Positions 1-10,500 of a DNA stretch of 59,800 nt are shown one piece after another. The notes beneath the pieces were generated by a model that was not told where the DNA came from, searched no databases, and saw only the letters and a list, made by a program, of their open reading frames with translations. Every line of letters starts with the position of its first letter. Position 1 is the stretch's first letter. This stretch comes from an uncultured Actinomycetes bacterium (GTDB lineage Bacteria; SZUA-79; Acidulodesulfobacterales; Acidulodesulfobacteraceae), in NCBI GenBank assembly GCA_964631685.1, contig CAZVZU010000010.1, forward strand, positions 1-59,800. Direction: 5' to 3'. The position numbers were made by a program, and so were the translations under genes.

Positions 1-3000
1 CCTGATGAAACCGGTGCATATACAAGTGCCGACTATCCGTTTACACATTATGCCTATAGTGAGAATTATGCCTGCAACAGCAGTGCTAACCAAGACGCAC
101 ACTTCTACAATAATGCAACTAAATCTTTTTACAAGTCTTTAGGGTATTTTGTTTCATATGATTATTCCGATTATATAGTTGATAAAGATTATCCAAAGCA
201 AATTTCTCCATGGTCGCTGTATGTCCCCCTGACTATAAACGGAACGCTGTCTCAATCCCATACCCTTACGGTTGCTTCTAATCCAAACAACTCGACTGAC
301 CCTTATTTCGACCCTGCTAATATTGCCGGGCCCGCAATAAATTATGTTTTATGGCATGCCCCCGATTACGGCGGTCTTACTGACCCCGCAGGGAAAACAG
401 TATCCGGATTAAAAGGCGGCGGCGGAACGCCCATGTATTCAATGGTTCAAGACATGAAGGATTATTTTGCTAAGTCGCTGAGTCCAGATAGTGCCACCGC
501 CTGCAGGCGCAATTTTTCTATTATCATCACCGACGGCGAGGCTAACGGTTATAATCCAAGCAAGACACCACAGGCACTTTATGACTTATACACAACCGTT
601 GATACCACTTATCCCATAGAGACCTTCATAGTTGGTTTTGGATACAGCGGAGGTTTGAGCGGGCCGACTTATATCCAGGAAATGGCAAACGCCGGAGCAG
701 GGATAGACCCGAATAATAATCCCAACGGCATTAGTTTTAACGCTACTGTAGGCAGTTCGTCTACTACGCTCATACTGCCCTCTTCCGCATTTACGACGAC
801 TAACGGTATTCTGGTAGGCGATACCGTTTCCGATAATGGAGATGAAAGCAGTTCCTGCGAGTTCGCCAACGATAACAGCGGGATTTATGCGGATGGCAAC
901 GACTGCGCCGTTGTTACGGGAATCTACCCAAATACAAATGAAATTCTATTATCTAATTCTCTAAAAACCTTAAATACAAGCGGAGCTTCCGGCGCTCTTA
1001 CGGTTTCCGGCACCGTTTATCTAACATCTAATTATAGTCAGCTCGTAAGTTCGCTCACTACAATATTTGAACAGATAGAAACACAATCGGTCTCATTTAC
1101 GTCTCCCGTAGTACACCAGGTTTTTGGTTCAAACGGAAACGTTTATTATTCAAATTTTAAGGCGCTAAACCAACCGCTGTGGGGTAAGGGGAATATTTTT
1201 TTATTCAAGTTAAACTCACAGGGTCAGCTTACAGGACCTAACGGTCCCGCCGTAAATGCTAACGGACAGATAATTACGAGTGATTCATACTGGAATAATG
1301 GCAAGGGTGCAGGAGGGGCGCTCCAGACGGAAAACACATCATCAAGATATATTATAACATCAGCTCTTAATCCAGCCACCGGCTCCAACAATGTAGTCTT
1401 ATTCAGCGTATCTAATGCGACAAATTTGGAATCATTATTAGGGTTGACTAGCACAAATTATACATCCGTTTGTCCAAGCGCATCGTCAGAAAGCGCTTGC
1501 GCCAACGATATCGTAAGTTTTGTGTTAAACCCCGATAGCGCAACAGATAATTGGAAGCTAGGGGCAATATTCCATTCCGACTCTGTGCTAATCGGTCCGC
1601 CGCCATTCACATATTCAAGTACATCGTATCAGGCATTTAAAAAGCTTTACAACACAAGAGCGCGGGTTCTGGTTGTGGGCACAAACGACGGCATGCTTCA
1701 TTCTTTTAACGCCGGAACGTGGGATGCTAATACAAATTCTTATACCGACGGAACTGGAGCGGAAATATTCGGCTATATCCCGCCTAATTTTTTAGATACT
1801 AACGGCTCTTCTACTTTGCCCAAAATTACCAAATGGTATGAAACGTCTGTTACGAAGCCATCTGTTTTTAGGTTTGTTGATTCTACCCCTTATGTAAGCG
1901 ATGCGTTCTTTAATAATATCTTTAACGGAATAACAAATTCCATTGACACTTCTATCTATCCGATATCAACAACCGGCACACCGGCGAACAGCTGGCATAC
2001 AGTCTTGATCGGCGGCGAAAGGAACGGGGGGACAAGCTACTATGCAATCGGATTAACTAATCCCGCTAACTTAAAAAACGGTTACCCGAAACCGTTTTGG
2101 AATTTTTCTGATGCATCGGCTCAAACCGATCCAATGGGCAACACATGGTCGAAACCCTTAATAACTTTTGTATGCTTGCCGAATCCTAATTACACTGACG
2201 TCAACGGCGGAACAGGCGTATGCGGAGACAATCCCTCCCCGCCAAGCCCGATGGCCGCCCCTCAATATATTAAGACATATTCCGCTTTTATAGGGGGAGG
2301 TTATTCATCTAATAACTCTGCCGGACAAGCGGTCTATTCATTATATATCGAACCCAATCCGGTAAATATCGGAACGGCAACTACGCCAAACTATGTTAAT
2401 AAACAAGAGTTATGGAAATTTGACAGCGCAGACAACGCAAATATGCTATATGCTATACCGTCTGCCGTATCACCGGTTTTTATCCCTAATTTCGGGATTC
2501 AGGGCTTTTATGTCGGGGATTTAGGCGGACAGATGTGGGCATTTAATATACCATACGGAAAATCGCCATATGGCAATAGCAAATCCAACTGGACAGGGTG
2601 CAGAATTTTTGATTCAAATGCTCCGGCGCCGTCACTAAATATATTTTTTCCCCCAGCAATCTCATATGACGCAACCGGCAATTTATGGCTGTTTTTCGGC
2701 ACAGGTAATAGGGAAAACTTGACTGCAGTGAATACGACGAGGAACAATGAACTGATAGGATTGAACACGGCTGGCGCTCAAGGAATTGGTAAATGCGCAT
2801 CAAATGGTCCATATAACGAAAGTGACTTAACTAATGCAACCGGCACAAGCGGCATAGGGAGTATAAAAAGTGGTGAGGGCTGGTATGTACAGTTGAGCCC
2901 GGGCGAAAAAGTAGTCGGCTCACCTTCGGTCTACGACCGCATAGTCTATTTTGCAACCTATACCCCTTCCTCAACAACCAGCTCTTGCGGGTATGGAGCA

Positions 3001-3261
3001 GCGAAACTGTATGCAGTTTATTATTTAGACGGCGGGGGGACAATCACTCAATCCAACGGGACGGTGACCATTTCAAATACGGTAAAAAGTTCAAGCGGGG
3101 CGTTGCAATCTATGTCCATCGGCTTCGGAGTGCCGTCAGCACCCGTTATATCAAATGGAAATCTTATTATAACAACATCAACTGGAACGGTCTTAATTCA
3201 AAAAGTACCGTCACTTCCGTCCAAACTTACGCCGGCTTCCTGGTTTAAACTGCCGCAATAG
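1..3261 (+). CDS. pilY1: Type IV pilus tip adhesin PilY1/PilC-like protein (vWA domain plus beta-propeller), 5' end outside the window
   Basis: Frame 1 is open from base 1 to the ATG at 433, so the ORF is longer than the track shows. vWA motifs GGTP and IIITDG; PilY1 propeller motifs KLGAIFHS, VGTNDGMLHSF, GAEIFGYIP, YVGDLGG, FFGTG, GW...GEKV. Confidence 0.88.
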   Translation, partial: PDETGAYTSADYPFTHYAYSENYACNSSANQDAHFYNNATKSFYKSLGYFVSYDYSDYIVDKDYPKQISPWSLYVPLTINGTLSQSHTLTVASNPNNSTDPYFDPANIAGPAINYVLWHAPDYGGLTDPAGKTVSGLKGGGGTPMYSMVQDMKDYFAKSLSPDSATACRRNFSIIITDGEANGYNPSKTPQALYDLYTTVDTTYPIETFIVGFGYSGGLSGPTYIQEMANAGAGIDPNNNPNGISFNATVGSSSTTLILPSSAFTTTNGILVGDTVSDNGDESSSCEFANDNSGIYADGNDCAVVTGIYPNTNEILLSNSLKTLNTSGASGALTVSGTVYLTSNYSQLVSSLTTIFEQIETQSVSFTSPVVHQVFGSNGNVYYSNFKALNQPLWGKGNIFLFKLNSQGQLTGPNGPAVNANGQIITSDSYWNNGKGAGGALQTENTSSRYIITSALNPATGSNNVVLFSVSNATNLESLLGLTSTNYTSVCPSASSESACANDIVSFVLNPDSATDNWKLGAIFHSDSVLIGPPPFTYSSTSYQAFKKLYNTRARVLVVGTNDGMLHSFNAGTWDANTNSYTDGTGAEIFGYIPPNFLDTNGSSTLPKITKWYETSVTKPSVFRFVDSTPYVSDAFFNNIFNGITNSIDTSIYPISTTGTPANSWHTVLIGGERNGGTSYYAIGLTNPANLKNGYPKPFWNFSDASAQTDPMGNTWSKPLITFVCLPNPNYTDVNGGTGVCGDNPSPPSPMAAPQYIKTYSAFIGGGYSSNNSAGQAVYSLYIEPNPVNIGTATTPNYVNKQELWKFDSADNANMLYAIPSAVSPVFIPNFGIQGFYVGDLGGQMWAFNIPYGKSPYGNSKSNWTGCRIFDSNAPAPSLNIFFPPAISYDATGNLWLFFGTGNRENLTAVNTTRNNELIGLNTAGAQGIGKCASNGPYNESDLTNATGTSGIGSIKSGEGWYVQLSPGEKVVGSPSVYDRIVYFATYTPSSTTSSCGYGAAKLYAVYYLDGGGTITQSNGTVTISNTVKSSSGALQSMSIGFGVPSAPVISNGNLIITTSTGTVLIQKVPSLPSKLTPASWFKLPQ

Positions 3262-3330
3262 ATGGATTGATAAATTACCGATGTTTATTGATTTAAAAGT
3301 GTAGTATAATTGTAAAAAAAGGATAAAAGT

Positions 3331-3729
3331 ATGATGGTAAACAAAAAAAGACTTTTAATGCTATTGTTTATTATTTCGTTTGTAATATTTGCTGTTTCGG
3401 GTTTAGGGCGGGTGACTGCATTCTCCGAAACGATAGATGCAAGTGCTCCCTTATTAAACGGGACTGCATCCGTCCGCGCTTCAAAGGCTTATCATGGCGT
3501 CGGCACCATTACACGCATAAGCGATTCATCTATAACCCTATATCACGGTGCAACTTACATCATCACTGCCTCAACGGTATGCAGAGCTCACTCTAAGGGC
3601 GAAAGCATGATGCATATGCGCGTAGTTTCCTGCTCATATTTCGCACAGGGCATGACCGTATCCATCACCGCCGAAAAAAACACCACCGGAGAACTTGTTG
3701 CGACAGAGATTAGAGATGTTTTTTTCTAA
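3331..3729 (+). CDS. Small exported protein, OB-fold/DUF5666-like
   Basis: N-terminal signal peptide; GTITRIS...TYII...G.TVSI...LVATEI pattern typical of DUF5666-like OB folds. Confidence 0.5.
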   Translation: MMVNKKRLLMLLFIISFVIFAVSGLGRVTAFSETIDASAPLLNGTASVRASKAYHGVGTITRISDSSITLYHGATYIITASTVCRAHSKGESMMHMRVVSCSYFAQGMTVSITAEKNTTGELVATEIRDVFF

Positions 3730-3767
3730 TGCCGGATAGGAAATAATTTAGCTTTTATACAGAACGC

Positions 3768-4478
3768 ATGATAACAGATTTTCTTTTAAGTTTATATTCT
3801 TGGACGGTTATAGTTGTATTGACCATAATCTTTGGCACACTTGCCGTTATAATGTCTTTTCTAAGCGAATATGCCTCTGATAAGATTGCACAATCATGGG
3901 GAAGGTTAATTTTATATGCCTGCCGAGTAAAAATGAATATCAAAGGCCTAGAAAATATATCTCCTGATAGCTCATATGTCATTACTTCTAATCACCAAAG
4001 CTATTTCGACATATTCGTCCTTCTTGCCTGTCTTGATACAAGCTTTAAATTTATTGCAAAGAAAGACCTGTTTAATATTCCCTTTCTAGGGCAGGGCATG
4101 AAGAGGCTGGGTTATATATCCATAGATAGAAAAAATATGAGGAGTGCACTTAAGAGCGTTAAAAAATCTACAGAATTGCTAAAAAACAAGATATCAATAC
4201 TAATATTTCCCGAGGGTACTCGCTCCCCTAACGGCGAACTGTTAAGCTTTAAAAAGGGCGGGTTAAATATGTTTTTAAAGCAGAGCAATATTACCGTTCT
4301 TCCGGTCGTTATCAAGGGCACCGTCAATATATTAAAAAAAGACAGTTTTGTCATACACATTGGTAGAACCGTAGAACTTCAAGTCTTAAAACCACTGAGT
4401 CCAATAGTTAAAAAGGGTGATGGCAATGTTGTAATAGAAGAGGTAGAAAACAAAACTCGTGCGGTTTTAAAAGCCTGA
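3768..4478 (+). CDS. plsC: 1-acyl-sn-glycerol-3-phosphate acyltransferase
   Basis: NHQSYFD, FIAKKDL, IDR, IFPEGTRS and FKKG motifs. Confidence 0.93.
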   Translation: MITDFLLSLYSWTVIVVLTIIFGTLAVIMSFLSEYASDKIAQSWGRLILYACRVKMNIKGLENISPDSSYVITSNHQSYFDIFVLLACLDTSFKFIAKKDLFNIPFLGQGMKRLGYISIDRKNMRSALKSVKKSTELLKNKISILIFPEGTRSPNGELLSFKKGGLNMFLKQSNITVLPVVIKGTVNILKKDSFVIHIGRTVELQVLKPLSPIVKKGDGNVVIEEVENKTRAVLKA

Positions 4479-4530
4479 CATCTACTTGTTCAGGCAAAAC
4501 AACTATTTTCCTTGAACAAGTAGATGTCAG
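4475..4530. repeat. Perfect 18-bp inverted repeat (CTGACATCTACTTGTTCA / TGAACAAGTAGATGTCAG) with 20-bp spacer
   Basis: Arms at 4475-4492 and 4513-4530, read directly from the sequence. Confidence 0.85.
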
Positions 4531-4540
4531 ATGGTAAAAT
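4512..4540 (+). promoter_or_regulatory. Putative sigma70 promoter of rnj (TTGAAC-N17-TAAAAT, extended -10)
   Basis: TTGAAC at 4512-4517, TGG then TAAAAT at 4535-4540. Confidence 0.55.
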
Positions 4541-4594
4541 CAATCTCTGATTGAAATATAAAAAGACATTAAAATAATGGTGATCAATTAAATA

Positions 4595-6259
4595 ATGCTT
4601 ACATTAAAGGTGATACCGCTTGGCGGTTTGGGAGAAATAGGTCTCAATATGATGGTATATGAGACCGAAAAAGATATTATAGTGGTTGATTCCGGGATTA
4701 TGTTTCCCGAGGATTATATGTTGGGAATAGACATGGTAATTCCGGATGTTAAATATTTATACGATCCGGAAAAAAAGAGTAAGATAAGGGGGATTGTTTT
4801 AACCCACGGGCATGAAGACCATATAGGTGCCATACCTTATATCCTGAGGGAATTTAATCTTCCCATATTCGGAACCCCTTTCACACTCGGCATACTTGAA
4901 GAAAAGCTTAAGGAACATGACTTACCCTTTAAGGTATCGTTATTTACCGTAAAAACAGGTGATTCTATTACATTAGGAGATTTTGAAATAGAATTCATAC
5001 GGGTAGCACACTCAATAATAGACGGAGCAAGTCTTGCTATAAAAACACCGGTTGGAACTATAATTCACACAGGAGATTTTAAGCTCGACCAAACTTTGGA
5101 AAAAAATGCCGCAACCGACATCAATAGGCTTGCCTATTACGGCGATAACGGGATTTTAGCATTATTTTCAGATTCAACCAATATTGAAAAAGAGGGCTTT
5201 ACTATATCGGAAAATGATATAAAAAAAACATTCAGGAATATTTTCAGGGATAACAACACAAGAATAATCATAGCTCTTTTTGCCTCAAACGTTCATAGAA
5301 TTTCTGAACTGCTTTCCTTGGCCCAGGAATTCAACAAAAAGGTAATATTTAGCGGAAGAAGCCTTCTGACATACACTAAGGTCGCAAGAAAATTAGGCTA
5401 TTTAAATATTCCGGATGACATTCTTATTGATGAAGAAACGATAAGTTATTACAAACCTGAAGAGCTTTTAATACTCACCACGGGAACGCAGGGCGAAGCA
5501 ATGTCCGCTCTTTCTAGGATATCGGTTAATGATCACAAGTATATCAAGATTGCGCCAAACGACCTTGTTATTTTATCCTCAAAATTCATCCCCGGAAATG
5601 AAAAAGCAATATCTAAGATTATCAATAACCTCTATAGGAGAGGAGCAGAGGTTTATTATGAAAATATTTCCAAGATTCATGTTTCGGGTCACGCCAGCAA
5701 GGAAGAACTCAAGTTCATGATAAATATCACGAAACCAAAGTATTTTATTCCGATACACGGAGAGTTAAAGCATTTATACCAGCATAAAAAGCTTGCCGTG
5801 AGTACGGGTATTTCCACAGGGAACATTTTTGTCATGGAAAACGGTAACAGTCTCGTATTCGAAGAAGGTAAAAAATGCCGTGTGGATAAAAAAGTTTACT
5901 CGGGAAGAATTTTTGTCGACGGAAAGGGCATTGGTGATGTTGGTACTCATACATTAAAAGAAAGAGCGCACCTTTCGGAAAACGGAATGATTATAGTCCT
6001 ACTCGTCGTTGATACCAAGACATCAAGCATAATTTCCGGACCGGAAATTGTCTCGAAAGGCTTCGTCTTTGAAGACTATTTTAAGGAACTAAATGAAACG
6101 CTTCGTAATATAGTCACAGACGTGATAGAAAAAGATCAGAAGTATGACAACGTTGATTGGGTAAAGACCAAAAGCGACATCAGAAAGGCCTTAAAAAAGT
6201 ACCTGAATAAAACAATAGACAGGCACCCTTTTATCTTTCCTATGATAACAGAAATATAA
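4595..6259 (+). CDS. rnj: Ribonuclease J
   Basis: PLGGLGEIG, THGHEDHIG, HTGDFK, DSTN, HVSGHA and PIHGE motifs. Confidence 0.96.
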   Translation: MLTLKVIPLGGLGEIGLNMMVYETEKDIIVVDSGIMFPEDYMLGIDMVIPDVKYLYDPEKKSKIRGIVLTHGHEDHIGAIPYILREFNLPIFGTPFTLGILEEKLKEHDLPFKVSLFTVKTGDSITLGDFEIEFIRVAHSIIDGASLAIKTPVGTIIHTGDFKLDQTLEKNAATDINRLAYYGDNGILALFSDSTNIEKEGFTISENDIKKTFRNIFRDNNTRIIIALFASNVHRISELLSLAQEFNKKVIFSGRSLLTYTKVARKLGYLNIPDDILIDEETISYYKPEELLILTTGTQGEAMSALSRISVNDHKYIKIAPNDLVILSSKFIPGNEKAISKIINNLYRRGAEVYYENISKIHVSGHASKEELKFMINITKPKYFIPIHGELKHLYQHKKLAVSTGISTGNIFVMENGNSLVFEEGKKCRVDKKVYSGRIFVDGKGIGDVGTHTLKERAHLSENGMIIVLLVVDTKTSSIISGPEIVSKGFVFEDYFKELNETLRNIVTDVIEKDQKYDNVDWVKTKSDIRKALKKYLNKTIDRHPFIFPMITEI

Positions 6260-6294
6260 GATCGTTTTCCAAAGAAACAAGGTATTTCTTAGCC

Positions 6295-6564
6295 CTATCC
6301 TTTATCGTCGTCGTCAGAATCGTCGTCTGCTTCCTCGTGATGCGCTTTCGCCCTCTCAATCCTGTCATCAATTCTTTTAACGAAACTGTCAAAAACCCCT
6401 TCCATCGCAAAAATGATTTCTTTATTGGCATTACCCAAATGTTCGATGACTTCAAGCGGAACCAGATCGTATATCGTGTCAATAATCCTATCCCTAAATT
6501 CCAACCTCTCTTCCCTGAAAGATTTAAAACCCCCACCAGTATTAGATTTATCTTTTGAAAGCAT
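6295..6564 (-). CDS. Small helical hypothetical protein with acidic tail
   Basis: 89-aa ORF with a GGAGG-containing purine-rich leader; fills the gap downstream of the IclR gene. Confidence 0.65.
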   Translation of the reverse strand: MLSKDKSNTGGGFKSFREERLEFRDRIIDTIYDLVPLEVIEHLGNANKEIIFAMEGVFDSFVKRIDDRIERAKAHHEEADDDSDDDDKG

Positions 6565-6657
6565 CCCTCAATCCTCCGTCTATTTTTTAACAAATTTAAA
6601 CGCACAAATAAAAACTTGTACTCTAGCATTATAGCCTGAAAGTTATGAAAATTCAAA

Positions 6658-7464
6658 TTACTCCGAATATTGTTCTCCAATTTCGTAACCAAGTTTTCCA
6701 GAAATAGTATTGCTTGCCTCTATCGTGAGGGGGATAATGCGATTTTTAAGTTTTTCCGATGATGTTCTTATTACGGGAGCAGACACCGATATACCGCCGA
6801 TGATGTGTGATGTGTAATCCCTTAAAGGGGCACCGACACAAATAATACCCTCGTCCAATTCTTCATTGTCGATTGCGTAACCCTGTTTCTTGATTTTCTC
6901 CAGTTCCCTAAACAGTTTGCCCTTATCGGTGATGGTGTTTTTCGTAAACGCCTCAACTTTATCGGGCAAAAGTTTTTCGACGACTTCTTTTGATTCAAAG
7001 GCTATTTGAGATTTTCCTATGGCCGTGGCATACACAGGAAGTATATTGCCGACCCTTGAGGCTACTTTTAATACTTGATCCGCCTCTACTATATCCAAAT
7101 AAATAACGTTTGCCCCTCTTACAACCCCAACATATGCCGATTCTCTTACTTCATCTACCAATTTTTTTAAAATAGGCTTGGCAATACTTAAAAGTCTTAA
7201 ATGACGAATAAAAGACTGCCCTAGTTCAAGACTTTTAAGCCCAAGCCGATAATTTTCCGTGAAAACATCTTGCTCGACATATCCCATGTGCTCCAGTGTG
7301 GCAAGTAGCCTAAAAATTTTATTTTTATGCAATTTAAGTATTTTACTGAGTTCGCTGACACCAAGCTCATGCTTTTCCCCCTTAAAAGCATCTAGAAGTT
7401 CTAGCGAATTTAAAACAGTTTTAATTATATAATTTGTTTTATCTTTTTTATTCTTTGTTTGCAT
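6658..7464 (-). CDS. IclR-family transcriptional regulator
   Basis: N-terminal HTH (GVSELSKILKLHKNKIFRLLATL), ATAIGK, GYAIDNEE..G..CVGAP. Confidence 0.95.
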   Translation of the reverse strand: MQTKNKKDKTNYIIKTVLNSLELLDAFKGEKHELGVSELSKILKLHKNKIFRLLATLEHMGYVEQDVFTENYRLGLKSLELGQSFIRHLRLLSIAKPILKKLVDEVRESAYVGVVRGANVIYLDIVEADQVLKVASRVGNILPVYATAIGKSQIAFESKEVVEKLLPDKVEAFTKNTITDKGKLFRELEKIKKQGYAIDNEELDEGIICVGAPLRDYTSHIIGGISVSAPVIRTSSEKLKNRIIPLTIEASNTISGKLGYEIGEQYSE

Positions 7465-7583
7465 TCTATTTGATCCTTGATTTAAAGTTAACTCTACAAC
7501 CTATTTGAAGTTAATTCCACATAAATAAAAAATAAGGTATAATTAGGGTACGTACACCACATGATATCATGGAAAAATAAAAT

Positions 7584-10500
7584 ATGTTTAAAATAAACAT
7601 TAATTCCATACGATTTAAAATATATGCGCTTTTCATTGTGTCGAGCCTTATCGTTTTTTCAATAGGCATATTTTCAACCATCCATAATGTTACATTTTTT
7701 AACCACAAATATTTAAAGGCGCGGTTAAGATCGCGGATGATGAAAACTACTATGCAATTTATCAGCGATAGGAAATATATGCTTGAAAGGGCTAATGATA
7801 TCGTTGCACACAACTTCCAAGACTCTTTTATGCAAGGATTATTTTCTCCAAAAGCAGCGTCCTTTAAATATTCATCTGCCGCGTATCTGCCCAAAAAAAA
7901 TAGAATATCAAACATCATCTTGATAAGAATAAAAAATGGCCGAGCGAGTTACATAAAAAAATATAGCCATGTGTACTACAAAGGAAAACAACTAAGTAAT
8001 TATAAAAGATTTGCCGGAATTATTTCTGTAAGAAACAAGTATATATTTGCGGGATTCGGAAGGGATAAGACGGGTAAACTTATCGAACTTAGGGTAATTT
8101 ACTGGCTTAAACACAAACAAACCGGGTTTATAATTATTTTGAACAAGCATATAACCAGTAATTATCTAAGAGATATTAGACTGAGAAGTCATATAGATGC
8201 GCATCTTGGCGTCTATTACGGGGCAGAGCGGTCGGCTATTTCACTTTATAAAAACAGTAAATATTTGGGCTTGGGTCAAAGAGCCACGAAAAAACAACTT
8301 ACGGTCTTAAAGAGCGGAAAAAAGATTTATACGTCTATGGTCGTAAGGGGAAGTCTTTTTTACATTTACAATGAGCCGATAAGGAACCATAACGGCAAGA
8401 TAATAGGAATTTTAGGTTCAGGGATAAGGGAGTACAGTTGGATTTGGTATATCTCTAAGCTTTATCTTCCGGTATTTTTCTTTGCCGGCATATTTATCTT
8501 TATGCTGCTGATTTTTATATTAATTAATAAAAAATTTTCGGGTTCATTCTATGACCTTTTAAAAAGTATCGAAAAAATACAGCCGAATAATCCCAAAAAA
8601 CTGCATCTGGTCAACAAATACAAAAAAGGAGAAAGTGAGCTTTACAAACTTGCAGCGACCATCACAGACCTGAACGACACAATCATTGAAAAACAGGAAG
8701 AAAATAGCCTTATTGTATCGAACATAAACTATTTTTCCAAAATGATTTCAGCGCAAGATGACTTAAATTCACTGATCAATAAACTTATCAGATTAATAGT
8801 TGAAAGAATGGGCTATAGCTATGCATGGTTCGGCATTTTAGATGAAAGCAGTAAAGATATCAAGATTACTAACACATACAGTAACAACTTTACCTATATA
8901 AAAAATCTAATTTTTAAATATGACAACTCAAAATACTCTCAAAACCTGGCAAGTAGATCAATAAAGTCTGAGAACTATGAGGTAATCAACGATATCTCAA
9001 GCGATGAGACTATTCCTCTCTATAAAGATAAACTTTTAGAACATAATTTTTTATCCGTAGGGGCTTTTCCGTTAATTGTACCGGGGAATGCAAGTTCAAA
9101 AAAACACGATATTGAGGGTGTGCTCATAGTATATTCAAATAAAAAAGACGCCTTCGACAGCATTAAAGCCGCTGCAATTTTTAATTTGACCAATTACGTT
9201 TCATATTTGATAGCCTATTTAAAAAACCTTAAAAAATCTTTAATTTTATCTGCAATGGCGGAACAAATTTTATTCTCTATTGTAACAGGATACACACAAA
9301 ACACTACATCGGCCGATGGAAATGCAAACAAGATTGATGAGCAAGAATTCTTGAATAATATTGAAGATAATTTACAGACCGATTTTGTTGAATTCATTGT
9401 CTATGACGGGGTTAAAAATGAAATTATAAGGGGGACATTTTCAAAGAGATGGTCTTATAATGTAGGTAAAAGTACCATAGAGCCAACCCCTACACTATTT
9501 ATCATAAACAAAATTGCACAAAATAGACTAGAGCTTTCCAACTATCAGGAAGATGAATTTGCGACGGGATATTTCCTACATGCAGGCGTCGAAGATATGA
9601 TTTTATATGCATTTGAAGGAACGGAGAACAAAAGGTACCTGGCTGTAACCGGCTCAATAAAAAGAAAAATGGTTTTCCGCAATGAAGACGTAGAATTTTT
9701 TAGAGACGGTGCAAACCTTTTTGCTACACATTTTGAGATAAATCTACTTTTAGAAAAGATAGATTCATATTCAAAATTGGTAGAAAATAGGGAAAATCTA
9801 ATAAATAAGATGATTGAATTTGGGGTTGTCTCCGTAGACTTGACAGACAAAGTCGTGAGCCTTTACAACGATTACTTTGCGAAGGTTTTCGACATAAATA
9901 AATTTTCGGCTCCCATGAGCATAGATGACTTTTACAATAACGTCCGGCACTCTTTTAAGGATGAAGTGTTTGCTCGCGATATCTTCGATATATATATAAA
10001 AGATAGATATGTTACCACAATAGAAAGTGTAGAAATAAACCTGAAAAACGGGATTGTACTGAGCATGAAATCAAGCACTTTTTTGACTAAAAATAATAGC
10101 GTTATCAGGCTCCTTGTATTTGGAAACGTCACGGATTCAAAAAATTATATAGAAAACATGGAAGATTTAAACAAAAAATTGAATCTAATAAATGAATTAT
10201 CATATAAGTTATCTATGGTATTTACATTAGAATATGCGATAAAAACATTTGCACAAGGAATATGCTCCATAAAGAGCAAAAAAAGTGGGGAAGTAGATTC
10301 TCTCCATATAAATATATTTGATACGAATGACAAAAAAACCGTAACATCTTTGGTCTATACAAAGAATAAGGATAAGGTCGACAAGGCTGATGAAAAAAAA
10401 ATAAAGGAAAAGACTACCGCAACCACTAATTTTATTGATTATAATGACTATTTGTCTAGTTGCAAGCTGCTAAAAAACAATAAAAACGACGGCATAGTTA

